NCBI GenBank assembly: GCA_016782885.1
Contig: JADHXQ010000006.1
Coordinates: 6,144 to 70,143 of the forward strand
Length of the DNA stretch: 64,000 nt
From: Phycisphaerae bacterium
GTDB taxonomy: Bacteria; Planctomycetota; Phycisphaerae; SM23-33
Reading direction: 5' to 3'
Part shown: piece after piece, positions 18,630 through 28,398 of the stretch
Layout of the letters: every line of letters begins with the position of its first letter
How positions within the stretch are numbered: the stretch's first letter is position 1
Made by a program: the position numbers and the translations under genes
Notes under the pieces: model-generated
What the model was told of the DNA's origin: nothing
What the model saw: only the letters and a program-made list of their open reading frames with translations
Databases searched by the model: none

Positions 18630-19766
18630 TTATTCGTCCCGGCTGATGAAACGGTATACACCGCCACTGTCGGATGCGATCCGGGTCATGACCTCCTCGG
18701 CAATCGGCGGGCGATTACCGTACAGGATCGTGTTGATCCGGATGCGCCTGCCGGCATTTCGCCGGCGGATTGTCTCCAGGACGCTGTCATTTTCGGGGAA
18801 CACGCCGTCAGTGAGAAGGTAGATAACCGCCACATCCCCCGCCGAACCCCTCTTGCGCTTAAGCACATCGAACGCGCGGTTGATCGCCGGGATCGGGTCG
18901 GTCTTGCCCGAAGCGCAAACCGGTTTGAGGAACTCAACCAGGCTCGTTTTGGCCTTCTCGGTCGCCGGCGTCATCGCCCGGGGCGATTTCTCTATGGGCC
19001 TTCCGTCGGAAAACAACACGACGTGAAATCGCCTGTCGGGCGTCATCCTTCCAATCGACATGAGCAGCTCGTGACGCACCGTCTCGAACGTGTCGACCAT
19101 CGACCCGGACCGGTCGATGAGGTAGACCACGTCGGGGAGACGGCCATTTGGCGGAGGAGGGAATGGAGTGGGAGGGCTGAAAATGGTCTTGTCGCCGGGA
19201 GGACCGATGCGTTTCCTTGGATCCTCATTAGTCTCGATCCCCGTCAAAGCCGCCACCCCGATCGTGTCTTCCGCCGGCAGATTTTCGAGCTTCCGCGTCG
19301 AGACCTCTCTATCGGCGCCATCCTGCCCTCTGGGTCTGCGTTGCCTGGGCCGTTGTCGATGTTTCATAACGAACGGAGAGGAATCCGACACAGGTCTTGC
19401 ATCGCGAATGTAGCTGACTTCCGCCCTGTGGTCTCGGATGTCCGGGGGCTTGGGTATCGCGATCATCGCTATGAACATGAATATCATCGCCAGGGCGACA
19501 TGGAAGCACATACTCATCAACCACGGCATGGATCTGGCCATCGCGGGCAGCACTACCGGGCGGGCGGCGGGTATCTGGGGACCGTCATCTGCGGTAGCCG
19601 GGATTGGTGTATCGATCTGCGGATGGGGCGCCGGCGCCAGGGCGGCAGGTACGACCAGCCTGCCTCCGCATTCCCGGCATCTCAGCACACAGCCTTTCGT
19701 TGGATCATCGCCGTGGCGATTGTGAAGCGGGCGGTTGCATTCGGGACATCTGAATAGCGCAGTCAT
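18630..19766 (-). CDS. Zn-ribbon / single-TM / VWA domain protein (paralog of the 16848..17993 gene)
   Basis: CPEC...CRECGG zinc ribbon, TM (MSMCFHVALAMIFMFIAMIAI), VWA MIDAS (VVYLIDRSGSM ... LLTDG). The C-terminus IAEEVMTRIASDSGGVYRFISRDE is shared with the paralog. Confidence 0.8.
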   Translation of the reverse strand: MTALFRCPECNRPLHNRHGDDPTKGCVLRCRECGGRLVVPAALAPAPHPQIDTPIPATADDGPQIPAARPVVLPAMARSMPWLMSMCFHVALAMIFMFIAMIAIPKPPDIRDHRAEVSYIRDARPVSDSSPFVMKHRQRPRQRRPRGQDGADREVSTRKLENLPAEDTIGVAALTGIETNEDPRKRIGPPGDKTIFSPPTPFPPPPNGRLPDVVYLIDRSGSMVDTFETVRHELLMSIGRMTPDRRFHVVLFSDGRPIEKSPRAMTPATEKAKTSLVEFLKPVCASGKTDPIPAINRAFDVLKRKRGSAGDVAVIYLLTDGVFPENDSVLETIRRRNAGRRIRINTILYGNRPPIAEEVMTRIASDSGGVYRFISRDE

Positions 19767-20035
19767 AACATTCTCTCCCTTTGCGGTTGGGGCGGCCCGA
19801 AACGCCGGTGAATAACATCTTCCTATAGTTGGACGCGCGGCTATGGATGAAAGTTCCGAAAGATTCGCACGAATTGGAAAAAAAGAATCGCTGTCAGCTC
19901 TCAGTTGTCAGCGAACGGCGATCGCGACTTCGTCGCGACGAGGCCGACGTGCCATCGACCGATATTAAACGGGGTGATCTGCGGTTTTTGTACTCGTACC
20001 GCTGAACCAATTGCTAACTGCCACGCCTTTTGGGC

Positions 20036-21553
20036 TTATTCTCCGGCAGGCTCTTCGGCGGGGACGATTTGTTTTTGGGCGGGCCGGACCGCACGTTCGG
20101 CCTGGAAACTCAGCACTGAAACGTAGAAGAACCCGAACGCGAAGATCAGCAGGAACGGTGCAGTCATCGCCGCCCGGATGAATATTACCGAGAATATCGC
20201 ACAAACAGTCATGTAAACCCCGAATGCAAATTCGATATATGGAAGGAGCTTTCTGCTCTTGCGCTTGGGCGTCGAGCCCGCCGCGGGGCGACCGGCACGC
20301 CCGTATTTCGGTGTACGTACGAACTCGCTCTGCTTGCCCGCAATCGCCTCGATGATGGCCTTGCTGTTCGATATGCAGATACCAACGCCCAGGGCCATCA
20401 GCATCGGCATGAACTTGAAGACCGTTCGCCAGTCGCGAGATAACTGCAACTGACTGGCCAGATAAAACACAAACGCCGACATAGTGGCCAGAACGAACAC
20501 GCCCATGTCGATTATACTTCTCCAGATCGAGCTATCCTGGATAACTACCGTCCGCAGATAAATCGCCGGAAACAGCATTATCACCAAGGCAAGCATGTAG
20601 AGGTGCAGGCAGAAGCCCGTCAGGTGGAAGAAGCTTTCGATCTTCACCTTCAGAGGCGCCTTTGACAGCAGGATTTTGGGCAGGAGCTTCAGGGTGCATT
20701 GCGTGCCGCCTTTGGTCCAGCGGAATTGCTGGGCCTTGAAGGCGTTCATCTCGGGAGGCAGCTCGGCCGGCGCGGTGACGTTCGGAAGGAAGATGAACTT
20801 CCAACCCTTGAGCTGGGCTCTGTAGGACAGATCGAGATCTTCAGTAAGCGTATCGTGATGCCAACCGCCGGCAGCCGCTATCGCTGATTTCCGCCACGTT
20901 CCCGCCGTTCCATTGAAGCTCATGAACCGCTCGGTGCGGTTGCGCGCGACGTGCTCAATCGCGAAATGACCGTCCAGGAATATCGCCTGGGCCTTGGTGA
21001 GCCAACTGTCCTCGCTATTCAGATGTTCCCACCTGGTCTGCACGACGCAGACGTCCGGATCGCTGAAATACTGGATGGAGCGTTGCAGGACATCGCTGCG
21101 AGGTACGAAATCGGCGTCGAAGATCGTTATGAATTCGCCGGTGGCGTGCTCCATGGCGGCGTCAAGCGCTCCGGCCTTGTATCCGGTCCGGTCGTCGCGG
21201 TGGAGATACTGTATGTCGAAGCCCTCGGACTTAAGGCGAGCGACGGTATCCAGTGCGATCCGGCAGGTGTCGTCAGTGCTGTCGTCGAGCACCTGTATCT
21301 GAAACCTGTCGCGCGGATAGTCGATCTTCGCGGTCTCTTCGATAATTCTCCTTGCCACCGCCTCTTCGTTATACATGGGTAACTGGACAGTAACCCGGGG
21401 CAGTTGGTCGAATTGACCGGCCGGTTTGTGCATCTTGTGGCGATTTCGCAGGAACAGGTAGACAATGGCGTAGCGGTGGAGACCGTAAACCGATACCATC
21501 ACCAGCACAAAGGTGTAAAGCGACATAAAAGCAGTCTGCAGCACTTCCGTCAT
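20036..21553 (-). CDS. Family-2 glycosyltransferase, processive cellulose-synthase-like type
   Basis: N-terminal TMs, then the catalytic motifs DDSTDD, FDADF, TED and QQFRW (QxxRW). C-terminal multi-TM region. No PilZ domain. Confidence 0.85.
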   Translation of the reverse strand: MTEVLQTAFMSLYTFVLVMVSVYGLHRYAIVYLFLRNRHKMHKPAGQFDQLPRVTVQLPMYNEEAVARRIIEETAKIDYPRDRFQIQVLDDSTDDTCRIALDTVARLKSEGFDIQYLHRDDRTGYKAGALDAAMEHATGEFITIFDADFVPRSDVLQRSIQYFSDPDVCVVQTRWEHLNSEDSWLTKAQAIFLDGHFAIEHVARNRTERFMSFNGTAGTWRKSAIAAAGGWHHDTLTEDLDLSYRAQLKGWKFIFLPNVTAPAELPPEMNAFKAQQFRWTKGGTQCTLKLLPKILLSKAPLKVKIESFFHLTGFCLHLYMLALVIMLFPAIYLRTVVIQDSSIWRSIIDMGVFVLATMSAFVFYLASQLQLSRDWRTVFKFMPMLMALGVGICISNSKAIIEAIAGKQSEFVRTPKYGRAGRPAAGSTPKRKSRKLLPYIEFAFGVYMTVCAIFSVIFIRAAMTAPFLLIFAFGFFYVSVLSFQAERAVRPAQKQIVPAEEPAGE

Positions 21554-21751
21554 GGTTATTTTGTTTCCCTTGCAGGCCGGTAAAGCTTTCTCAGGCGAGC
21601 CTTAGGAGCCGTAGAGCCTGCGAACCAGGGTATCATATACCTACCTTCCGCCGCAGTCAAGAAAACTTTTGCAATGAACCACTTGCCAATACGTTAACTC
21701 CATGCGTATACTTAATTACGGTTGGGGTGTGGCATGAATGAAAGGTAGCGA

Positions 21752-23986
21752 GTGCATAGAGTGATGAGCATGCATAATCGCACTCGACGCAGCGGGGCCG
21801 TGTTGGTAATGGCCCTTCTGGGCATGACGCTGCTCGTGGCGCTGATACTCTATGTCTACAACGTCGGGGACCGGGTCAACGATCGGCTGTCAATGCAGAA
21901 CGCCGCGGACTCCGCCGCCGTCAGCGGCGCCGGGTGGATTGCCCGCTCGATGAACACCACCGCGATGAACAACGTGGCCAGTTCACGGGTGCTCGGGATA
22001 CTGCCCGTACTCGATGCGTTCCCGCTGGCAAGCAAGATCTCCATACACGAAATAGATACCATCGCCGACGGACTCGACGCCCAGACCGACACCCTGCAAG
22101 CCCTCCTGAACGCAAAAAACATAGACGAACTTAACCCCGAGAAATCAGTAAACGAACCTGGCCTGGTAAGCAGTCTCCCGGGCATGCGCGAACTCCGCGA
22201 CCGCCTTCGAGCACAGGGCGACATCATCCGCCCATTTGAAGAGGCGATCAGGGCGGGCGGATCTTTCTCGATGGAGCACGTCACGTACTGGCGGGTTCCG
22301 GGAGAAAACGGATCGCCACCCCACGGTACGATCTGGAGGGCGGCAAGGGCGCTGGAAGAGTACTCCCAGGCCACGCTGGATTCGGCGGGAATTCTCGCAC
22401 AGTTCAATGCCGGACGCTTTGGAAGAGAAAATGAGGCACAGACCGCTATCCTGATACCGGTCGTTCCGGAGATCCCCAACATAAGAGGAACGTACGATAA
22501 CTTCCAGCCCACTATCGAAGGGCACGTCAGGGTCTGGGGAAATGACAGCGGGTCGCACGGAGAGATGAAACTATCCGGTCAGGACGGAGGGGGAATTCCG
22601 GATTTCGCATACTTCCACCGCATGGGACCGTGGGCAAGGATGTATCCGTGGCGTCACACCAGCACAAAAAGAGTCGCCACCGGGGTAAGGGCCGTCGAAG
22701 CACGCGAGAAAATCCCGGGTACTGGCACGACAACGCGAGTATGGGTGGGTCCCAGCCCCGAACGCCGGGCCATCTACGCCCGAGGCGGAAAGAGCCCCCT
22801 GCCAGGTGTAGGATCCTCAGCGAGGCGGGGAGGCCGGAGCGGAAGCGCCCGCAACGATGGAGGCTGGAAAACCGTAACAACCGGCGGGCAGTACCGAACG
22901 GTCATGCGAAACGTGACCACGTACAAGACAGTCACCGACGGATACACAACCTATGGACCGTTCTACTGGGCAATGCAACGCGTCCAGAGATACGCCGCGG
23001 AGTATCTGCCCGACACGAAATTCGGTACCTATACCGACCGGATCGCCAATATCAAGTTGGGATACATGTTCCCCGCCAAGGGACCCAAAGCCTTGAAGGC
23101 AATCCACTACGCCAACTGGGTAGTTGACTACGCCAAGGCCCTGGAACTGGCGGAAATACCCGAAACGCGGGTGACAGAGACGATCCTGTACTACTTCGAC
23201 ATCGCCTCTTCAGAGCCCGAAAAATCGGCGGATTTCCTCAAGCCCGGAACCTTCCGCACAAATGGCGGATTGGCGCTGATGCAGCGGGCGCCGGGGTGGC
23301 ATAACCCGGCGACGTTCGACGGACATCGACCGGACGCCAAACTCGTCTGCAACTATATCTGGAAGTCAACCGACGAGTACGAAACCACCGAAGACCCCGA
23401 GATCGGTATCGAATACCAGGGTGGTCCGGTCGACCCGGACACGGGCGAACCTGGCAGTCCGGTTTTCCAGAAAGTCTACGTCATAGAGTACGCCATGTTC
23501 GGGGCGATAGACGTGGGCGGAGACGTACAGGTATCCAATCCATTTAACTGGAGCGACAGCGAATTCGACGACCTGCCCGCACCGATTCTCATAAACACCG
23601 AAGATTTTGAAGACTACAACAGCGACAATCCCGATGTCAACCTGGGTATTCGCAGGTCGAACTTCGCGTTTCTGGCATTGGCGAAGCGCCCGAATGACGC
23701 GCCGCTCTGGGCGCAGCGGTTCCGCGGCGCCAACCCCACAGGAGCAACGACCACGCTGGCACAAGCAAAAGTCTTCAACAATACGAGTTGGGGACTATGG
23801 ACACAGGAATGGCAGGTACAGTTGACGCCCGTAAACCGCTGGGGCAACTGGACCCGGAAAATCCAAGAAGATTTGACTCGGACCTCGATGACCCAAGGGG
23901 CCGTCAGCGCCGGCGATCTACAAGAGATTCTTCAATATTTGCAAGCCTTACCATCCGAAATGGCCGAAAAATTTACAGGGCATTGA
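21752..23986 (+). CDS. Tad-domain (TadE/G-like pseudopilin N-terminus) large hypothetical protein, 744 aa
   Basis: N-terminus RRSGAVLVMALLGMTLLVALILYVYNVGDRVNDRLSMQNAADSAAVSGAG matches the TadE/G-like Tad signature (…G.VAV…L…LQNAADAAALAGA). The rest has no known domain. GTG start. Confidence 0.65.
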   Translation: MHRVMSMHNRTRRSGAVLVMALLGMTLLVALILYVYNVGDRVNDRLSMQNAADSAAVSGAGWIARSMNTTAMNNVASSRVLGILPVLDAFPLASKISIHEIDTIADGLDAQTDTLQALLNAKNIDELNPEKSVNEPGLVSSLPGMRELRDRLRAQGDIIRPFEEAIRAGGSFSMEHVTYWRVPGENGSPPHGTIWRAARALEEYSQATLDSAGILAQFNAGRFGRENEAQTAILIPVVPEIPNIRGTYDNFQPTIEGHVRVWGNDSGSHGEMKLSGQDGGGIPDFAYFHRMGPWARMYPWRHTSTKRVATGVRAVEAREKIPGTGTTTRVWVGPSPERRAIYARGGKSPLPGVGSSARRGGRSGSARNDGGWKTVTTGGQYRTVMRNVTTYKTVTDGYTTYGPFYWAMQRVQRYAAEYLPDTKFGTYTDRIANIKLGYMFPAKGPKALKAIHYANWVVDYAKALELAEIPETRVTETILYYFDIASSEPEKSADFLKPGTFRTNGGLALMQRAPGWHNPATFDGHRPDAKLVCNYIWKSTDEYETTEDPEIGIEYQGGPVDPDTGEPGSPVFQKVYVIEYAMFGAIDVGGDVQVSNPFNWSDSEFDDLPAPILINTEDFEDYNSDNPDVNLGIRRSNFAFLALAKRPNDAPLWAQRFRGANPTGATTTLAQAKVFNNTSWGLWTQEWQVQLTPVNRWGNWTRKIQEDLTRTSMTQGAVSAGDLQEILQYLQALPSEMAEKFTGH

Positions 23987-24089
23987 TCGTTTCGGACCGG
24001 ATATAGTGCCCTGCGCTGCAGGTAGCGAAAAGGTATTTTATGGATTCAGGACCGCTGGCTTGGATACAATAGACTTCGAGAGGCATACA

Positions 24090-26252
24090 GTGCTTTACTC
24101 CAGAACAACTAATCGAACACGCCGTGGCGGAGCGGTGCTGGTGATGACCCTTCTGGGCATGACGCTGCTGGTGGCGATGGTTTTCTACGTATACAACGTG
24201 GGAGATCAGGTTAACAAACGCCTGGCGCTTCAGAATGCCTCGGATTCCGCGGCCGTAAGCGGCGCCGGATGGATGGCCAGATCCGCCAACACGACGGCTA
24301 TGAACAACGTGGCGATCTCCAGGATGCTGGGGATACTGCCTGTGATGGATGCATTTCCCCTCGCCAGCGAAATGGCGCTGTCAGAAGTCACCGATTGGGA
24401 AATAGGTCTCGGTCGCCAGGTCGTCACCCTGAAAGCTTTTCTGTCGGAATCATCAACGCAGGCACTGGCAAAGACCCTGCCCGGTATGATCGAACTGCAG
24501 AATCGAATGGCCAAGCAGCGAGACATCCTCGCCCCATTCAAGAAAACGCTGCTCGACGGGTCGTTCGATATGGAAACCGTCACCAACTGGCGGGCTCCGG
24601 GTGTCGGCGGTTCGGCGCCGCATGGTACCTTGTGGAAGGCGGCGACGGCGCTCGATGACTACTCGGTGGCGACGATGGACGCGTCCGGACTCCTGGCGCA
24701 ATTCAACGCCCGACGCTTCGGTACGGCCAACGATGCGGAGACGGCGATACTGATCCCGGTGATACCTGAGATACCCCACTACCGCGGAACGCTGGATGAC
24801 TTCCAACCGACATTGGAAGGGCGAATCACCGTCAGGACCAGCAGCGATCACACCTCGACCTCGGGAAGAATGGTTCGCACCGGCTCCAACGGGGGAGCGA
24901 TTCCGGACTACGCGTATCACTACCGCCTGGGACCCTGGGCCAGGCTGCTGCCCCACGACCCCTGGCGCCACGAAGAGAGACGCGCCACCGCATGGAAAAC
25001 AGTCGCGGGGACCACGCCAACGCGACATGCTATTCTGGCGCGCGGCGGACGCGGACAACTGCCCGGAAGAGGGCACTCCGCCAGACGGGGCGGACGCCAC
25101 GCGAGCGGCGGCGGGTATTCGCACAGGGTCCCCACAGCGTGGGAAGTCTACGGATATCACACAAGGGGGCCTTACTGGTGGGGAATGTGGCGGGTGCATC
25201 GATACGCGCGGGGATGGGACAGCTACGACAACTACGACGAGCACCTCACACGCAACCACGGTGAACTGCCCGACACCAATTTCTACGAACGCATGGACAT
25301 GGTATCGAAGATCAAGTTGGGTTATATGTTCCCCGCCGCGGTGACCAACAAGACCCCGCAGTTGGTCCACTACCCGCTGTGGAAAACCGATTACGCCGAA
25401 GCCAAACTGCTGGCCGAAACGCCCGAGGTCCGAATCACCGAAACGATCCTCTACTACTTCGACATCGCATCGTCAGTACCGGAAACATCGGGAGATTTCC
25501 TGAGCCCCGGCACGTACAAGACCAACGGGTCGCTGGCGCTCGCCGCCCACCACAAGGGCTGGAAAGATCCCGCCACGTTCAGGCCCGACGCGGCGCAGAT
25601 ATGCAACTACATCTGGAAATCGAAGGACGAATACGAGATCACCGAGTATCCCGAAATAGGAATCAAACGCGAACTGATACAAGACGGCGACAAGGTCGAC
25701 GCCGACGGTAATCCGGTGATGACCCCGAAGTTCCACCCGGTCTACATGGTCGAGTTCTGCATGTTCGGCAGTATTGACGTCGGTGGTGAACGCGAAGTGT
25801 CCAATCCGTGCAACTGGTATTCCAGCGAGCTGGACAACCTGCCGTCGCCGCTGCTGATAGATACCTCCATGGGAGACTACGATCCCGACACTAACGACGT
25901 CGACGCCGGCGTCCGGAGAGAGTACTTCGCGTACCTCGGCATGGCCAGAAGCACCTCGCAAGCACCGGTCTGGAGCCAGAAATTCAAAGGCGCCAATCCG
26001 ACCCAGTCAATCCATACGCTGTCGCAGGCAAAGGTCTTCAACAATAAGAGTTGGGGACTCTGGACGCAGGATTGGCAGGTCCAACTGACGTCGCTGAACG
26101 GTTACCCCGATTGGGTCGATCGCGTCGAGCGGGATCTGCCCAGGACCCCGGAAACCCAAGGCGCTGTCCGCTCGTCCGACCTCCAGGAAATCCTGGAATT
26201 CCTGCGGGCGCTTGCGGGGTCCAATCTCGCCGGTAAGTTCATGTCGCATTGA
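24090..26252 (+). CDS. Tad-domain large hypothetical protein, tandem paralog. The start is probably GTG at 24090, preceded by GAGAGG; the ORF is open from 24006.
   Basis: RRGGAVLVMTLLGMTLLVAMVFYVYNVGDQVNKRLALQNASDSAAVSGAG. Blocks conserved with the upstream paralog: KIKLGYMFPA, ETILYYFDIASS, CNYIWKS, KVFNN.SWGLWTQ.WQVQLT. Confidence 0.6.
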   Translation: MLYSRTTNRTRRGGAVLVMTLLGMTLLVAMVFYVYNVGDQVNKRLALQNASDSAAVSGAGWMARSANTTAMNNVAISRMLGILPVMDAFPLASEMALSEVTDWEIGLGRQVVTLKAFLSESSTQALAKTLPGMIELQNRMAKQRDILAPFKKTLLDGSFDMETVTNWRAPGVGGSAPHGTLWKAATALDDYSVATMDASGLLAQFNARRFGTANDAETAILIPVIPEIPHYRGTLDDFQPTLEGRITVRTSSDHTSTSGRMVRTGSNGGAIPDYAYHYRLGPWARLLPHDPWRHEERRATAWKTVAGTTPTRHAILARGGRGQLPGRGHSARRGGRHASGGGYSHRVPTAWEVYGYHTRGPYWWGMWRVHRYARGWDSYDNYDEHLTRNHGELPDTNFYERMDMVSKIKLGYMFPAAVTNKTPQLVHYPLWKTDYAEAKLLAETPEVRITETILYYFDIASSVPETSGDFLSPGTYKTNGSLALAAHHKGWKDPATFRPDAAQICNYIWKSKDEYEITEYPEIGIKRELIQDGDKVDADGNPVMTPKFHPVYMVEFCMFGSIDVGGEREVSNPCNWYSSELDNLPSPLLIDTSMGDYDPDTNDVDAGVRREYFAYLGMARSTSQAPVWSQKFKGANPTQSIHTLSQAKVFNNKSWGLWTQDWQVQLTSLNGYPDWVDRVERDLPRTPETQGAVRSSDLQEILEFLRALAGSNLAGKFMSH

Positions 26253-26281
26253 TCCGGCGCGGGCGCCGCGAATGGGGAATT

Positions 26282-26698
26282 CTACAGTTCGCTTCTGACG
26301 GCCTCGGCCAGTTCCTCCATTCGACCAGGCGGATAAGAACTCGCCGGCCAGTTGAACCCGAACGCATCGCCCTCGTTGCGGGGTATCACGTGAAAGTGAA
26401 CGTGCATGACCACCTGGTGAGCGACGCGACCGTTGTTCTGCAGCACGTTGACGCCCTGGCAACCGGTCGCCGCCTGGACGGCCCGGACAAGTGCGGGCAG
26501 ATTCCCGAGCATCTCGCCGGCCTGCTCCGCCGGCAACTCATCCAGCGTCACCGCATGCATCTTCGGGATCAGCAGCACGTGCCCCTCGGCCAGCGGACCG
26601 ATGTCCATGAACGCCACGCACGCATCATCTTCGAGAACCTTGCTAGCCGGAATCTCACCGGCGACAATCTTGCAGAAAAGGCAGTCGCTGTCAGCCAT
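26282..26698 (-). CDS. HIT (histidine triad) family protein
   Basis: MADSDCLFCKIVAGEIPA ... HVHFHVIPR (HxHxHxx motif). The ORF is open further upstream to 26839, but HIT homology starts at MADSD. Confidence 0.85.
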   Translation of the reverse strand: MADSDCLFCKIVAGEIPASKVLEDDACVAFMDIGPLAEGHVLLIPKMHAVTLDELPAEQAGEMLGNLPALVRAVQAATGCQGVNVLQNNGRVAHQVVMHVHFHVIPRNEGDAFGFNWPASSYPPGRMEELAEAVRSEL

Positions 26699-27125
26699 AA
26701 TATCACTCCTGATCTGCGCCACTGTACGCGGCGCGCCGGCCCGGGTCAATCTCAAATCAGCGGGCAATGTCACAAATGGTTCACATCTTCCGGGCCGATC
26801 CCCCGGTCTCTCAGCGGTAATCCGCAGTGTGCGATCCACGGCGCCTGCCGCCCTATCGTGTGATCTTCAAGCCTTTTACATATTCACTTTTGCTCATTTA
26901 TTTGATAGAATCGTCGATGACGCCAATGTCACATGCGCGAGAGTTGTGTACCTTCTCCCAGTTCGATCAACCTCCACAATCGACCTGGTGGGCTGCTGTA
27001 ACACCTTTTTATTTATGCTGTTACGCCAATTGACAATTGCCCGCCGCCAACTGTCGCGCCCCATAGGTATGTCACAGGCATGTCACACGTGGTTGTCTGA
27101 TCGTAACGCCTTGTCTAAAATGAGT

Positions 27126-28109
27126 TTACTTTTCCTGCTTCGTTTTCTTGAACTGCGAATCGAAGAAGTCCATGACCTTTTTGACGATCTCTTTCCTGGG
27201 CGTTTCGCCCTTTGAGAAACCGTGGTTCCCGCCTTTGGGGATGTGCAGCGTCGAGGGGACGCCTGCTTTTTTGAGCGCCGCGTGGAGCAGTTCGCTCTGG
27301 TTGAGCGGCACGACAAAATCCTTGTCGCCATGGACGATGAAGCATGGCGGGTCGCCGGTGCTGATGTAGGTGATCGGGTTGGCCTGCCTGCACTTTTCGG
27401 GGACTGCCTTGATCGACGCCCCGAGGAGGCGTGACGGGGCCGAACGCTTATTGGCGTAGTTCTGAGAGCACTTGAAGTCGTTGAGCTTCAGGAAATCCGT
27501 CGGGCCGGACCAGGGGCTCGCCGCCTGCAGGGCCGACGACGCCTTCTTCGTGATAGGGTGCTTCATGAATTCCTTCGTGTCGCCAACCGTCGCAAGCAGC
27601 GCCGTCAGGTGCCCGCCGGCCGACTCGCCGGCCGCACCGAAACGATCCGGGTCGAGATTGAATCGCTTCGCATTGAAACGCAGAAAACTCACCGCGGCCC
27701 GGCAGTCGTTAATGACAGCCGGGAAAATCTCCTCGCGACTCTTGGTATAATTGATCCCCGAAACCGCGTAGCCGCGCCCGACCATTTCGACTATAGGATT
27801 CGAGCGATCTTTCGAGCCCCAATCCCACGCCCCGCCGTGGATCCAGATCACCAGCGGCAGCGGTTTGTCCGACTTGGGACGATAGACATCCAGCAGCATT
27901 TTTCGCTCGCCATTGACGGCGTACACGATGTCCCGCTCGATGATCGTGCCTTTGAGCAGGCGATCCAGGATGTGCTGCGGATCATCCTTCTTCGGCGCCG
28001 CCTTCTTCTTGGGCGGCGCAACCTTTTTGGGTGGTGCAGCAAACGTAGTGGCGGTACAAAGGAGGCTCACCGCAAGAAGCATCGCACAAGTTTTCGTCCA
28101 GGCGTTCAT
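27126..28109 (-). CDS. Secreted alpha/beta-hydrolase (carboxylesterase/lipase-like)
   Basis: Signal peptide. HGGAW oxyanion motif, GESAGGHL (GxSxG nucleophile elbow), and a C-terminal HG motif. Confidence 0.8.
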   Translation of the reverse strand: MNAWTKTCAMLLAVSLLCTATTFAAPPKKVAPPKKKAAPKKDDPQHILDRLLKGTIIERDIVYAVNGERKMLLDVYRPKSDKPLPLVIWIHGGAWDWGSKDRSNPIVEMVGRGYAVSGINYTKSREEIFPAVINDCRAAVSFLRFNAKRFNLDPDRFGAAGESAGGHLTALLATVGDTKEFMKHPITKKASSALQAASPWSGPTDFLKLNDFKCSQNYANKRSAPSRLLGASIKAVPEKCRQANPITYISTGDPPCFIVHGDKDFVVPLNQSELLHAALKKAGVPSTLHIPKGGNHGFSKGETPRKEIVKKVMDFFDSQFKKTKQEK

Positions 28110-28398
28110 ACACATACACATAGAAAAGCACCTCATGTTTGTTCGTATAACCCGGGCTTGCCCGAATAACGTTATCCAGTTAACCTGCTGAACGATTCGA
28201 ACAGCGCGATATTGCCCGATGAGCTTGTGTCAGGCCCGGTACGTCCGACATATGGTAGCTTGTCCTGAGCTTGTCGAAGGGCCCCGTCCGTCAGGGCGGG
28301 GTACTGGTGTCTGATTATTATCCCCAGCAGGGGCTTGGGTGTGGTGTTGTGGTTCCGTGTTGACCCCGCCCTGGCGAAGATTATGCAGCAAGCGTCCC

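Noticed and set aside
18063-19766. Possible genomic island or integrated element at tRNA-Leu
   Set aside because: No integrase, transposase or phage genes are present, and no direct repeat of the tRNA 3' end is evident. The flanking genes are paralogs, consistent with local duplication rather than insertion.
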